From Candidatus Micrarchaeota archaeon (lineage in GTDB: Archaea; Micrarchaeota; Micrarchaeia; Burarchaeales; Fermentimicrarchaeaceae), in NCBI GenBank assembly GCA_013425405.1, contig JACCLF010000023.1, positions 1 through 49,566 on the forward strand: a DNA stretch of 49,566 nucleotides. Reading direction: 5' to 3'. The notes under the pieces are model-generated. The model did no database searches. It was not told the DNA's origin and saw only the letters and a program-made list of their open reading frames with translations. Below, one piece after another: positions 9,689 through 18,443 of the stretch (position 1 is its first letter; each line of letters opens with the position of its first letter). A program made the position numbers and the translations under genes.

Positions 9689-10573
9689 TTACACACCTGC
9701 AAGCAGCCTGAAGATATCCCTCACACCTGGTGCCAGGCCGAATATTATGAGCAGAAGCAGGATATAATTTTTCTCATCTCTCTTGTCTTCTGAAGTTTCA
9801 ACAACCCAAACGGCAAGGGTTGAGAAGAGAACCTTCACAACATAGAATGCAAACATCGTTCCGAAGATTGTTCCGAGCGCGCCGCCTACAACGTGCTGCT
9901 CGAAATAGGCTGTTCCGCCCATGAAGAGGTTTATTGCCACATAGGATGCAGCTCCATCAAGGGAGTGGGAGAGAACAACAATGAGCTGTGAAAGGCCTGC
10001 CTTTATTTTCATTTTTTCCAGAAGCATCTTACCGGAAACCAGGCCGAAAAATGAGAAAAGCAGGATGAGCATGACGTGGAACCAGTTTCTCATAAGTGGC
10101 AGTAATAGGATGAGGTGAGGAAGAAGCAACACCAGGGCGAACACCGGCAGCAGATCCATCCTCCTTATCCTGTTGAAGAAGATTATTGAAAGGAATGTCA
10201 GTATGCCTATTAGGACATAAATCCCGGGAGTTGCGGTGAGGAAGCCGTACTCGTATATGCGGGAGCTGCCGACAACTCCATACATGCCAAAAAGGGTTGA
10301 GCCGCCCTGCATGAATTGATTAGGAAGTTCTGCAGAGCCACTTCCTGTTGCATCGGTTACGACTCTCACAACCGAGCCGAGGAGTATGAATGGTATGACG
10401 CGTAGAATGAATTTCTCGTCCAGCTTTACTTTCTCTTTTTTGAGAATTTTGAAGAATATAAATGCAAAGAACAACGCTATGACTGCATAAACCAAGGTGT
10501 TGATTATATTGTAGCCCGTCCTATCGTAGACCGGCTTTATGAAGTATGAGTTAATGAATTCTGCAATATCCAT
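9689..10573 (-). CDS. DUF63 family membrane protein
   Basis: GYNIINTLVYA, RVVTD, TPGIY, HSLDG, YFEQH, GLAPGVRD. Confidence 0.85.
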   Translation of the reverse strand: MDIAEFINSYFIKPVYDRTGYNIINTLVYAVIALFFAFIFFKILKKEKVKLDEKFILRVIPFILLGSVVRVVTDATGSGSAELPNQFMQGGSTLFGMYGVVGSSRIYEYGFLTATPGIYVLIGILTFLSIIFFNRIRRMDLLPVFALVLLLPHLILLLPLMRNWFHVMLILLFSFFGLVSGKMLLEKMKIKAGLSQLIVVLSHSLDGAASYVAINLFMGGTAYFEQHVVGGALGTIFGTMFAFYVVKVLFSTLAVWVVETSEDKRDEKNYILLLLIIFGLAPGVRDIFRLLAGV

Positions 10574-10574
10574 A

Positions 10575-11087
10575 TCATCTCTCCCAAATTTCTATGAATC
10601 TGTCAACTATTGCATCAAGAAAGCTGGAGCGGTAGGTTATTATGACTCGTGCCATCTCATCGGGTTTAACTAGATTGTACATTACCTCCTTTCCCCTCCT
10701 TTTTTTCTTGGCAATGCCCGAATCGAGCATCTTGTCAAGATACCATGAAGTAGTTGCCGGGGAGAGCTGGAGCTCTTTCATTATGCCCTTGTGATTGAGC
10801 TCCTTGCCTATGAGAAGCATAATTGCAATATGCCTTATGGGCTTCTGCCTAAGCAGGGAGAGGAGCTTCTTCTCTCTCTCCGTGAAGAGCCCTATAGCAT
10901 AATACCTAGCATATTCGCCGTCTCTCTTCTGTATTATCGTGCCGTCATTTGAAAGATTGGTTAGGTGGTACTGCAGCGTGCCCACCGGTAGCTTCAGATG
11001 CCTCTGCATCTCCCTGAAATGGCTTCCTGGGAAACGCAGGATGTGCTCGTATATCTGCTGGCGCTGCTCCAGACCCTGGACTCTCAT
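10575..11087 (-). CDS. Double winged-HTH transcriptional regulator (COG3398-like)
   Basis: PGSHFREMQR...GTLQYHL and LSPATTSWYL helix-turn-helix units. Confidence 0.8.
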   Translation of the reverse strand: MRVQGLEQRQQIYEHILRFPGSHFREMQRHLKLPVGTLQYHLTNLSNDGTIIQKRDGEYARYYAIGLFTEREKKLLSLLRQKPIRHIAIMLLIGKELNHKGIMKELQLSPATTSWYLDKMLDSGIAKKKRRGKEVMYNLVKPDEMARVIITYRSSFLDAIVDRFIEIWER

Positions 11088-11090
11088 ATT

Positions 11091-11363
11091 CTACGCCCTC
11101 ACCACCGCAAAGAATATCAGTGCCAGCGTCAGGAAATCAAGAAAGTTTGAGAGCGATAATGTGAGGATGGACTGCTGCTCACTTGTCAGTTTTATGAGAG
11201 TCCTTGCAAAGTAGGCGACAAATGCCAGTGAGACCAGCAGGATAATCCTCCTCCTATTCTTCCTGTATGCTAGAAATGATATCAGAGCCATCCCCAAAGC
11301 AAAGATGACCGTTGACACACCCACTAGCAGGTTAAAACCAGTTATGTATTCGTCCATTTTCAT
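11091..11363 (-). CDS. Small 3-TM membrane protein, coupled to the wHTH gene
   Basis: Hydrophobic ORF with SFLAYRK and LDFLTLALIFFA; 3-nt gap to next gene. Confidence 0.7.
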   Translation of the reverse strand: MKMDEYITGFNLLVGVSTVIFALGMALISFLAYRKNRRRIILLVSLAFVAYFARTLIKLTSEQQSILTLSLSNFLDFLTLALIFFAVVRA

Positions 11364-11965
11364 CCCCCCAAGACTTTAACAATTTCCTCGCCAAACCCCT
11401 TGGCTGATGACGGCCCATCCGCCGTTACAAGCTTTCCATCCCTCTCAACAGGTTTTCCGGTGTAGACCGCGCCTGCGCGTTTCAGAGATGAGATGGTATC
11501 ATTATCTGGGAAGGATGTGACATTCCTCCCCCTCACAATATCCGCAGCCGCAAGTATCCTCGGCGCAATGCACACGGCGGCAACAACCTTTCCGGAGCTG
11601 CTCGCATCCTTTGCAAGCTTCACCACAGCGGGATTTTCCGGCAGGCCGTTTGTCTCAACTCCCTGCCCGCCAATGAAAACAACTGCGTCATACTGGGAGA
11701 GATTCGCCTGCGAGACAAGCAGGTCTGGCTTGACCCTCCCCCCAAGCATCCCCACTGCTTCATTCATACTCGTGCTTGCTATGTAAACCCTGAAGCCTGC
11801 ACTCTCAACAGCTTCCTTGCTGTGGAACAACTCCTCATCACGGAAATCCGACGGAGCTATGACGAAAAGCACCTTTCTCATCCCCTCACCCCCAGAGGCT
11901 TTTTGCCCAGCCTGTTGCGCACAGCCGAGCAGCAGAATTGCAAACATGAGAATATGAATCCTCAT
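11360..11965 (-). CDS. DJ-1/PfpI family protein with lipoprotein-like signal
   Basis: DFRDEEL, YDAVVFIGGQG, AAVCIAP, VTADGP; start MRIHILM with LLLGC. Confidence 0.88.
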   Translation of the reverse strand: MRIHILMFAILLLGCAQQAGQKASGGEGMRKVLFVIAPSDFRDEELFHSKEAVESAGFRVYIASTSMNEAVGMLGGRVKPDLLVSQANLSQYDAVVFIGGQGVETNGLPENPAVVKLAKDASSSGKVVAAVCIAPRILAAADIVRGRNVTSFPDNDTISSLKRAGAVYTGKPVERDGKLVTADGPSSAKGFGEEIVKVLGG

Positions 11966-11969
11966 CGAA

Positions 11970-13406
11970 TCACTCAAACTTCCAGCTCGCCCCCACCTTT
12001 TCATCGTTGAGAGCCACGCCCGCCTTCTTGAGCTCCGCTCGTATCTCATCAGAAGCCTTCCATTCACCTTTCTTCCTGAGCTCCTCCCTTGCCTTTATAA
12101 GAATACCCATAATGCGTTCCACAAGCTCCCCGCCTGCTTTTTTCTCCTCCGTGAGCCTGAGCCCAAGAATGCCGCCAAGCTCCTCAAACATCTTCAGGAT
12201 TTTTTCCTTCAGCTCGGGGCTCATTGAATCGCTTTTTGATGTGAAGGAATTCAGAGTTCTTGAGAAATTGAACAGTGAAGCCAGCGCACCAGGTGTGTTG
12301 AAGTCGTCGTCCATCGCCTTCTCAAACTCCTCCCTTGTCTTTTTCACCTGCTTCTCAAGCTCCTCCTCCTTTGCTCCTTTTGAAGGCGTGAGCCTCTTCA
12401 GAAGCATGATTGAATTCTTCAAGCTCTCTAAGCTCCTCCTTGCCTGCTCCAGGTTCTTCTCGCTGTAGTCTATGGGGCTCCTGTAGTGCGTTGAGGTGAA
12501 GAAGAAGCGCAGAGTGTCAGCATCATATTTCTCAAGGGCCTGCCTCAGGGTCACATAGTTACCTAAAGACTTGGCCATTTTCTCCCCGTTTATTTTGAGA
12601 AACTCCGTGTGGAGCCAGTACTTCACGAAAGGCTTCTTGCCGGTAAGAGCTTCTGCCTGCGCTATTTCATTCTCGTGGTGCGGGAACTTCAAATCCCTCC
12701 CCCCTCCGTGTATGTCGATCTGTTCGCCTATATACTTCGCAGACATCACTGAGCATTCAATATGCCAGCCTGGGAAGCCCACTCCCCACGGGCTGGGCCA
12801 TTTGAACGGGTCGCTCTCCTTGGCCTTCTTCCATAGGGCAAAATCCTCTGGGTTCCTCTTGTCTGGATGCACCTCAAACCTTGTGCCCGCAGCCATCTCC
12901 TCAGTGTTCACCTTGGAAAGTTTCCCATAATCCTTGAATTTGGAGACGTCAAAGAATACGTTTCCGTCAACCTCGTATGCATATCCCTTCTCAATGAGCT
13001 TCTGGACTGCCTGAATCATGTCAATGATGTGCCCTGTTGCCCTTGGCGAGATGTCCGGCCTGATGACCCCTAAGCTGTCCATATCCCTGAAGTACTCCCG
13101 CATATACTTTTCAACAAGCGCCATGGGCTGAATTTTCTCCTCGCTGGACTTCTTCCCTATTTTATCCTCACCGCTGTCCTCCCTCATGTGCCCTACATCA
13201 GTTATATTTTGTATATACGTAACAGAAAATCCCCTGTGCTTAAGCCAGCGCAGAATTATGTCAAACGCTATGTAGGTTCTTGCGTGCCCTAGATGCGCCC
13301 AGTCATAGACTGTCGGGCCGCACACATACATCCCAACTTTTCCTTTTTTGAGTGGTAGGAACTCGTCCAACTTTCCGCTTAGGCTGTCGTAAACTTTCAA
13401 TGACAT
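11970..13406 (-). CDS. cysS: Cysteine--tRNA ligase
   Basis: YVCGPTVYD, HLGH, PGWHIECS, DIHGGG, FPHHENE, KMAKS; start MSLKVY (ORF-track extension runs into the tRNA). Confidence 0.96.
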   Translation of the reverse strand: MSLKVYDSLSGKLDEFLPLKKGKVGMYVCGPTVYDWAHLGHARTYIAFDIILRWLKHRGFSVTYIQNITDVGHMREDSGEDKIGKKSSEEKIQPMALVEKYMREYFRDMDSLGVIRPDISPRATGHIIDMIQAVQKLIEKGYAYEVDGNVFFDVSKFKDYGKLSKVNTEEMAAGTRFEVHPDKRNPEDFALWKKAKESDPFKWPSPWGVGFPGWHIECSVMSAKYIGEQIDIHGGGRDLKFPHHENEIAQAEALTGKKPFVKYWLHTEFLKINGEKMAKSLGNYVTLRQALEKYDADTLRFFFTSTHYRSPIDYSEKNLEQARRSLESLKNSIMLLKRLTPSKGAKEEELEKQVKKTREEFEKAMDDDFNTPGALASLFNFSRTLNSFTSKSDSMSPELKEKILKMFEELGGILGLRLTEEKKAGGELVERIMGILIKAREELRKKGEWKASDEIRAELKKAGVALNDEKVGASWKFE

Positions 13407-13418
13407 CTGCTCACCCAG

Positions 13419-13489
13419 AGCCAGGAAGGGGAATCGAACCCCTCTATGCCGGTCTGCAGCCGGCCACATGGCCACTCTGTCATCCTGGC
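13419..13489 (-). tRNA. tRNA-Cys(GCA), intronless, CCA not encoded
   Basis: Acceptor GCCAGGA/TCCTGGC, anticodon arm GCCGG-CTGCAGA-CCGGC, T arm AGGGG-TTCGATT-CCCCT, U discriminator. Confidence 0.96.
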
Positions 13490-13521
13490 ACGAGATATAC
13501 TTTGATTGATTTATTATTTAA

Positions 13522-13777
13522 CACTTGCGAGCAGGGAATCCTAAGCTCTTTAGAAGTGGATGAAAGTGAATTTATAAGAGAGGGTTCAGATACCCCAATA
13601 ACAGCTTCACTGGAAAGCTACCCCTCCAAATTGTTTAAATACCTTCTTTCAGTAGATGATAGTACTACGCTGGGGCACAGCGGAAGTAACACCTGCAATT
13701 CCTTCGGGAGTGAGATGTGCAGAAGCGCGCCGTCAATGAAGCAGGAAGCTAGACCCTTACGGGTGGGAGCATGCCAC
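13522..13777 (+). mobile_element. Non-autonomous IS200/IS605 derivative (left end plus right end/omega-RNA; no tnpA or tnpB)
   Basis: Left-end-like GCGAGCAGGGAATCC...GGATGAAAG; right-end-like GAAGCAGGAAGCTAGACCCTTACGGGTGGGAGCATGCCAC; residual translation TLGHSGSNTC...SMKQEA resembles TnpB C-terminal tails. Confidence 0.68.
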
Positions 13778-13797
13778 CTACGTGCCCTCCTTCCATG
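13664..13797 (+). ncRNA. Putative TnpB omega-RNA (reRNA) scaffold plus flanking guide
   Basis: Hairpins TTCC-TTCG-GGAG and ACCC-TTAC-GGGT; TTTAAATA TATA-like box at 13634-13641; boundaries approximate. Confidence 0.5.
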
Positions 13798-15061
13798 AGC
13801 GGGCATAGCTCTCCTGCTCCTCGCTGGGCTTGGAGAGCTTTATTCCTTTTGCTTCGAGTGCAAGCTCCGCAACTTCGTCATCTATGCTTCTTGGGACGGA
13901 GATTACTTTTGCGGGAAGCTTGTTTTTCAGTATGAACTCCAAACTCAGGGCTTGAATTGCAAAGCTTCCGTCCATTATTTCTATGGGGTGGCCCTGCCCG
14001 GAAGGCCTTGCAAGGTTGACAAGCCTCCCCTCGGAGAGCAAATATAGCTTCTTTCCATTTCTCAAAGTGAAGCGCTCCACATTCTCCTTAACCCTCTCCC
14101 TCTTTGAGGAAAGCTGCTCCAGACCCTTTATGTCTATCTCATTGTTGAAATGCCCTGCATTTGCAAGTATTGCACCATCTCTCATCTTCCCGAAATGCTT
14201 TCTGCTTATAACATTGATGTTGCCAGTTGATGTTATGAAGAACTCTCCCTCCGTTGCAGCTTCATCAAGGTTCATCACCCGGAATCCGCTGTAGAGTGCT
14301 TCCAAAGCCTTGTGCTGCCCAGCAGGACCCTCCTCCCTTCCAAGCCTGCCTGAAACTTCAACAACTATCACATTTGCACCGAGGCCTCTCAGCCTCTCGC
14401 TTATACCCCTTCCGCACCACCCGAAGCCAATTACTACAATGGTTTTTCCAGCCAGGAGCTTATTCGTAGCGCGCATTATTGCGTCGATGGTGCTCTGGGC
14501 CGTGCCAAACCTGTTGTCAAAAAGGAATTTTGAGTAGGCGTCATTCACTGCAACAACAGGAAACTTCAGCCTGCCCTCTCTCTCCATTGCATGGAGGCGC
14601 GTTACTCCGGTCGTGGTTTCCTCGCAAGCGCCTCTGATACTTGGAATGAGCTCCTTCCTCTTTGTGTGCACCATGAATATCTGGTCGCACCCGTCATCAA
14701 TCAGCAAATCTGGCTTATGGTCCAGAACGCTGTTTATATTCTTATAATAATCCTTCTCATCTTCCCCAGCCCATGCATAAACATCCATCTCCTCATCGGC
14801 GAGCGCAGCTGCCACTCTGTCATCTGTCGTAAGTGGATTGCAGCTTGCCGCAGCTATGCTCGCACCTCCTTTTTTGAGGGTTTCAAGCAGCACGCCTGTT
14901 TTTTTCTCCAGATGCAGGCACACACCAATGGTTATTCCCCTGAAAGGCTTCTGCTTCTCAAACCTCTTCCCTATCATGGCAAGAAGAGGCATGTTCTCCC
15001 TGGCCCACTCCAGCTCCTCCCTGCCCTCCTTGGAAAGCTTCGCGTCTTTTATTCTGCTCAT
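13778..15061 (-). CDS. ahcY: Adenosylhomocysteinase
   Basis: CLHL..KT, CNPLTT, DDGCD, EETTTG, KFLFDNRFGT, GFGWCG, EGRLVNL, GHP. Confidence 0.96.
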   Translation of the reverse strand: MSRIKDAKLSKEGREELEWARENMPLLAMIGKRFEKQKPFRGITIGVCLHLEKKTGVLLETLKKGGASIAAASCNPLTTDDRVAAALADEEMDVYAWAGEDEKDYYKNINSVLDHKPDLLIDDGCDQIFMVHTKRKELIPSIRGACEETTTGVTRLHAMEREGRLKFPVVAVNDAYSKFLFDNRFGTAQSTIDAIMRATNKLLAGKTIVVIGFGWCGRGISERLRGLGANVIVVEVSGRLGREEGPAGQHKALEALYSGFRVMNLDEAATEGEFFITSTGNINVISRKHFGKMRDGAILANAGHFNNEIDIKGLEQLSSKRERVKENVERFTLRNGKKLYLLSEGRLVNLARPSGQGHPIEIMDGSFAIQALSLEFILKNKLPAKVISVPRSIDDEVAELALEAKGIKLSKPSEEQESYARSWKEGT

Positions 15062-15135
15062 ATTCTCACAGTATGTTTATGCACTCTATTCTAAAAACTT
15101 CTTACTGGTGTAGGTAGCAATATCTACTGGCCCAG

Positions 15136-15152
15136 ATATAACCGAGTTTTAT
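15136..15152. promoter_or_regulatory. Palindromic operator-like site ATATAACCGAGTTTTAT
   Basis: 15/17 identical to the site at 18367; adjacent to a TATA-like tract upstream of the HTH gene. Confidence 0.55.
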
Positions 15153-15189
15153 TTAAAACTATTTGTTCAAAAATAACTCAGGTGAACCC

Positions 15190-15567
15190 ATGATGATGCC
15201 ATGCGAGGTCATAGTGCGCTATTACCTGCCTGCAATGAGGTACAGGATAGCCGATGAGTTGATGAACAAGTACGGCTGGACTCAGGTCAAAGTATCTGAT
15301 AGGCTGAGGATAACGCAGGCTGCGGTAAGCAAGTATATGGGAGGGAAGCTTGATGAGAAGACAAAGAAATTCTCAGAGATGGGCGAGGTGAAAAACGCAG
15401 CCAAGAAAATTGCAAAGGAGATTGCAGAGGAAAAATGGAAGTCCGACTCCATAGCCGAGCTGTGTCTTGTATGCGGCACCCTTAGGAAAGAGGGGAAGCT
15501 TTGCAAGATGCATCTTAGCATGAAGAGGCTGAAGGAGTGCAACTGCAACATATGTCTCAGCAGGTGA
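15190..15567 (+). CDS. HTH transcriptional regulator (COG2522-like) with Cys-rich C-terminus
   Basis: PCEVIVRYYLPA, ITQAAVSKY, CLVC...CKMH...CNCNIC; GGTGA SD before 15190. Confidence 0.82.
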   Translation: MMMPCEVIVRYYLPAMRYRIADELMNKYGWTQVKVSDRLRITQAAVSKYMGGKLDEKTKKFSEMGEVKNAAKKIAKEIAEEKWKSDSIAELCLVCGTLRKEGKLCKMHLSMKRLKECNCNICLSR

Positions 15568-15571
15568 ATGG

Positions 15572-16441
15572 TTGAAACGTAAAATGCAGAGCAGCCATGT
15601 TCTTGAGTTTATATTCTACCTGTGCTTTTTCCTAGTTTCGGTATACCTCTTTCTTATAATCCTCTCTCCGTTGCTCATCCAGTCTGACAACAGAATTCTT
15701 CTGGGCATGGGTGCAGTGAGCTACATCTCAAATGTATTGATGTGCCACCAGCTCCCGGAGAGGAGCCTGGAGCTCTTCGGGCAGTACATGCCCATATGCT
15801 CAAGGGATGTGAGTTTATTCGCAGGGGTATTCGTTGCTTGCATCGCCTCATTTGCCAGTGATAAGCTCCCGAAAGTTCTAAAGAGCAGCTGGCTGGCGAT
15901 TCTTAGTGTAGTTCCTCTTGGCGTTGACGGTGTCGTGCAGCTCTTCGGCTTCTGGGAGAGCACCAATGCAAGCAGGTTTGCGACAGGTCTCTTTGCAGGC
16001 TTCTGCATATCATACTACGCAGTAAACGTCTTCGTAAGCCCACCTCGTTTGAGCAAGAGGACGCTCACTGCCCTTCTGGTGCTACTGCCCTTCCTCGCGA
16101 TTCTGCTCGGTACATCGGTCTATGTCGGCAGTGGCTACCGAACAAAATCGGAAATCTTATCTAAAGCAAAAGCAATAAATAATGATACGGACATAAAGGT
16201 ATTCTACATCGCTCCGAGAGCTTTCAGCTCCAGCATAAGGAATGATGAATACCTGAGAGATTACAACGACACTGTGCTGAGCGATGTTTCGGGAATCAGA
16301 AGCAGCTCGGGCATATATGGAGTGTGGGTTGCAGTTGCTTCGGGGGACAGCAACGGGAGGTATATTTTCGCATCTGGAAACGGCAGTAATTATTTTTATG
16401 ATGCTATGAGCGGAGAGCTTATAGCAGAATTCAAACATTGA
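15572..16441 (+). CDS. DUF2085 family membrane protein with C-terminal extension
   Basis: CHQLPERS, PICSRD, PLGVDG..Q, ESTNASRFATG. Confidence 0.82.
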   Translation: MKRKMQSSHVLEFIFYLCFFLVSVYLFLIILSPLLIQSDNRILLGMGAVSYISNVLMCHQLPERSLELFGQYMPICSRDVSLFAGVFVACIASFASDKLPKVLKSSWLAILSVVPLGVDGVVQLFGFWESTNASRFATGLFAGFCISYYAVNVFVSPPRLSKRTLTALLVLLPFLAILLGTSVYVGSGYRTKSEILSKAKAINNDTDIKVFYIAPRAFSSSIRNDEYLRDYNDTVLSDVSGIRSSSGIYGVWVAVASGDSNGRYIFASGNGSNYFYDAMSGELIAEFKH

Positions 16442-16450
16442 GGTGAAAAC

Positions 16451-18076
16451 ATGAAGTATAAGAAGGAAAAACATGCCACTAGAGGACACGCTACGACGAC
16501 TGCTCCGAAAAGTCTATTCGGAAATCCCTTGACGATTGCACTGGGTTTAATTGTGATAGTGCTATTGGCGTACATCGGCTACAACTCCATGAATATACGA
16601 CTGCCGCCACCTAACGGCAACAGCGATACGGGCATTATAGATCAAACCCCGCCCACCAAGCAGGCAAAGGCGACAATAGAGCTTTTCGTAATGAGCAAAT
16701 GCCCGTATGGGGTTCAGGCTGAGACTGCAGTGAAGAAAGTCATTGACAAGTTTGGTGGTGAGGTGAACCTGAGCCTGCACTTCATAGTGAGTGAGACAGG
16801 CACTGGAGGGTTCAGCAGCCTGCACGGAGACACTGAGGTTGCGGAGGATTTGAGACAGGTCTGCATAATTAAGCACTACCCACAGAACCTTATCAGCTAT
16901 CTCTCGTGCATAACTCCCGGCTACCCGAATTTCGAGAATGTTTGGGAGAACTGCGCAACCCAGAACCATATTGATGCTAATGTCATTAAGAGCTGCAGCA
17001 CAGGTAGTGAGGGGGCATCATTGCTGAGTGACAATATAAAGAGGACGGACGAGCTGAATGTTCAGTCTTCACCTATAATCTATCTGAACGGCAACGCGTT
17101 CGGCGGGTCGGCTACAGAGAACTCGATTACAAAAGGCATATGCGCAATTATCCCCGGAAGCGACACCTGTAAGAACCTCCCGCCCGATGTTGCTGTTGGG
17201 CTTACAATTGTGAATGATAAGAGCTGCATGATATGCGACACCAGTCAGATATTGAGCGTGCTGAACGGTCAGTTTGAGATGACCAACCTGACAGTTAGGA
17301 ATATCGAGTATTCAAGCAACGAGGGGAAGGCATTGATTAAGGAGTTCAATCTGACTGGAGTCCCTGCATACATATTCGATGCTTCAATTAAGAAGCACCA
17401 GAGCTACGACAGCATTGGCAGGTACTTACTCAATGTGAGTGATTCGTACCTCCTAAACCCGCAGGCCGTGCCACCTGTTAAACTCCTGAATGCAGTTGAG
17501 AGTAACAACACAATTGTGCTCTTTGTCATGAGCCACTGCCCCTACGGAGTGCGCGCCGAGAACAACACGAAAGCTCTGCTGGATGCGCTTCCTGATGTGA
17601 AATTTGGAGGGCTGCGCTTCATTGCAACTCAGAACCCGGATGGGAGTTTCTCAAGCATGCATGGAGCAGATGAAGTTGCGGAGGATTTGAGACAGGTCTG
17701 CATAATGAGGTACTATCCAGCAAAGATCGTGGACTATACTGTCTGCATATCTGCGGATTACGCAAACTCTGGCAACATATGGCAGAACTGCAGCAACCAA
17801 AATGGCATTGACACGAACAAGATACAGACATGCGCCACTGGTGATGAAGGAAAGACACTTCTGAAAGATAACATAGCGCTCGCAAGCTCCTTGGGAGTGG
17901 GTTCTTCACCAACTATCCTCCTGAACAACAACACTCTGCTCAGCGGCTATTACGCAGCATCTCCTGAGCTGATGAGGCAGGTGATATGCGGTTATAGTCC
18001 CACTCTAACTGGCTGCAATAAGACTTTGAGCGGCTCGGGAGTCACTACACCAGCAAGCGGTGGTGGATGCGGCTAG
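16451..18076 (+). CDS. Membrane-anchored multi-thioredoxin-fold (DsbA/GILT-like) protein with duplicated domain
   Basis: N-terminal TM; two FVMSxCPYG...HGxxEVAEDLRQVCI...SSP domains flanking a CMIC...GVP domain. Confidence 0.75.
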   Translation: MKYKKEKHATRGHATTTAPKSLFGNPLTIALGLIVIVLLAYIGYNSMNIRLPPPNGNSDTGIIDQTPPTKQAKATIELFVMSKCPYGVQAETAVKKVIDKFGGEVNLSLHFIVSETGTGGFSSLHGDTEVAEDLRQVCIIKHYPQNLISYLSCITPGYPNFENVWENCATQNHIDANVIKSCSTGSEGASLLSDNIKRTDELNVQSSPIIYLNGNAFGGSATENSITKGICAIIPGSDTCKNLPPDVAVGLTIVNDKSCMICDTSQILSVLNGQFEMTNLTVRNIEYSSNEGKALIKEFNLTGVPAYIFDASIKKHQSYDSIGRYLLNVSDSYLLNPQAVPPVKLLNAVESNNTIVLFVMSHCPYGVRAENNTKALLDALPDVKFGGLRFIATQNPDGSFSSMHGADEVAEDLRQVCIMRYYPAKIVDYTVCISADYANSGNIWQNCSNQNGIDTNKIQTCATGDEGKTLLKDNIALASSLGVGSSPTILLNNNTLLSGYYAASPELMRQVICGYSPTLTGCNKTLSGSGVTTPASGGGCG

Positions 18077-18164
18077 ACTTCCATCAAATTCTCGCGGTCT
18101 ATTTATTTTTTATTGATTTTCTCTAGAGTAAGCATTATTCCGTATGAAGTCCTCTGCGAGAATT

Positions 18165-18344
18165 CTATAAGCTTATTGCATGCACAGGGCAGTTGTCCGC
18201 CGCAGCCTTGCAATCGCATTTCTTGCATCCCGTAGGGTTGTATGCCTCAGACTTGCCGTCACTTCCAATTCGGAATACGTCTGGGCAGAGCGAGACGCAA
18301 GCTCCGCAGCCTATGCACGTATCCTTGTCAACCTTTGCTACCAT
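18165..18344 (-). CDS. Ferredoxin (59 aa, absent from ORF track)
   Basis: MVAKVDKDTCIGCGACVSLCPDVF...AADNCPVHAISL; GGAGGT SD upstream. Confidence 0.92.
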   Translation of the reverse strand: MVAKVDKDTCIGCGACVSLCPDVFRIGSDGKSEAYNPTGCKKCDCKAAADNCPVHAISL

Positions 18345-18366
18345 CTGATTACCTCCAAAGATTTAA

Positions 18367-18383
18367 ATATAACTGAGTTATAT
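18367..18383. promoter_or_regulatory. Palindrome ATATAAC-TGA-GTTATAT in the ferredoxin/iscS divergent promoter
   Basis: Perfect 7-3-7 inverted repeat; near-copy at 15136. Confidence 0.6.
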
Positions 18384-18443
18384 ATATCTAACAATATCTC
18401 TTGTGAATAAACACTTTTAAAAGCATTTGTGGGAAGTGAACAT

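Noticed and set aside
13407-13475. N-terminal extension of CysS in the ORF track
   Set aside because: It is the tRNA-Cys sequence; the SD supports the start at 13406
13352-13798. 148-aa + strand ORF as a real protein
   Set aside because: It overlaps cysS and tRNA-Cys antisense; only the last ~40 codons resemble a TnpB tail, consistent with an IS relic
16838-17706. DGR template/variable repeat pair
   Set aside because: Repeats lie within duplicated domains of one ORF, show no adenine-specific mismatches, and no reverse transcriptase is present
18180-18410. 76-aa + strand ORF
   Set aside because: Antisense shadow of the ferredoxin gene
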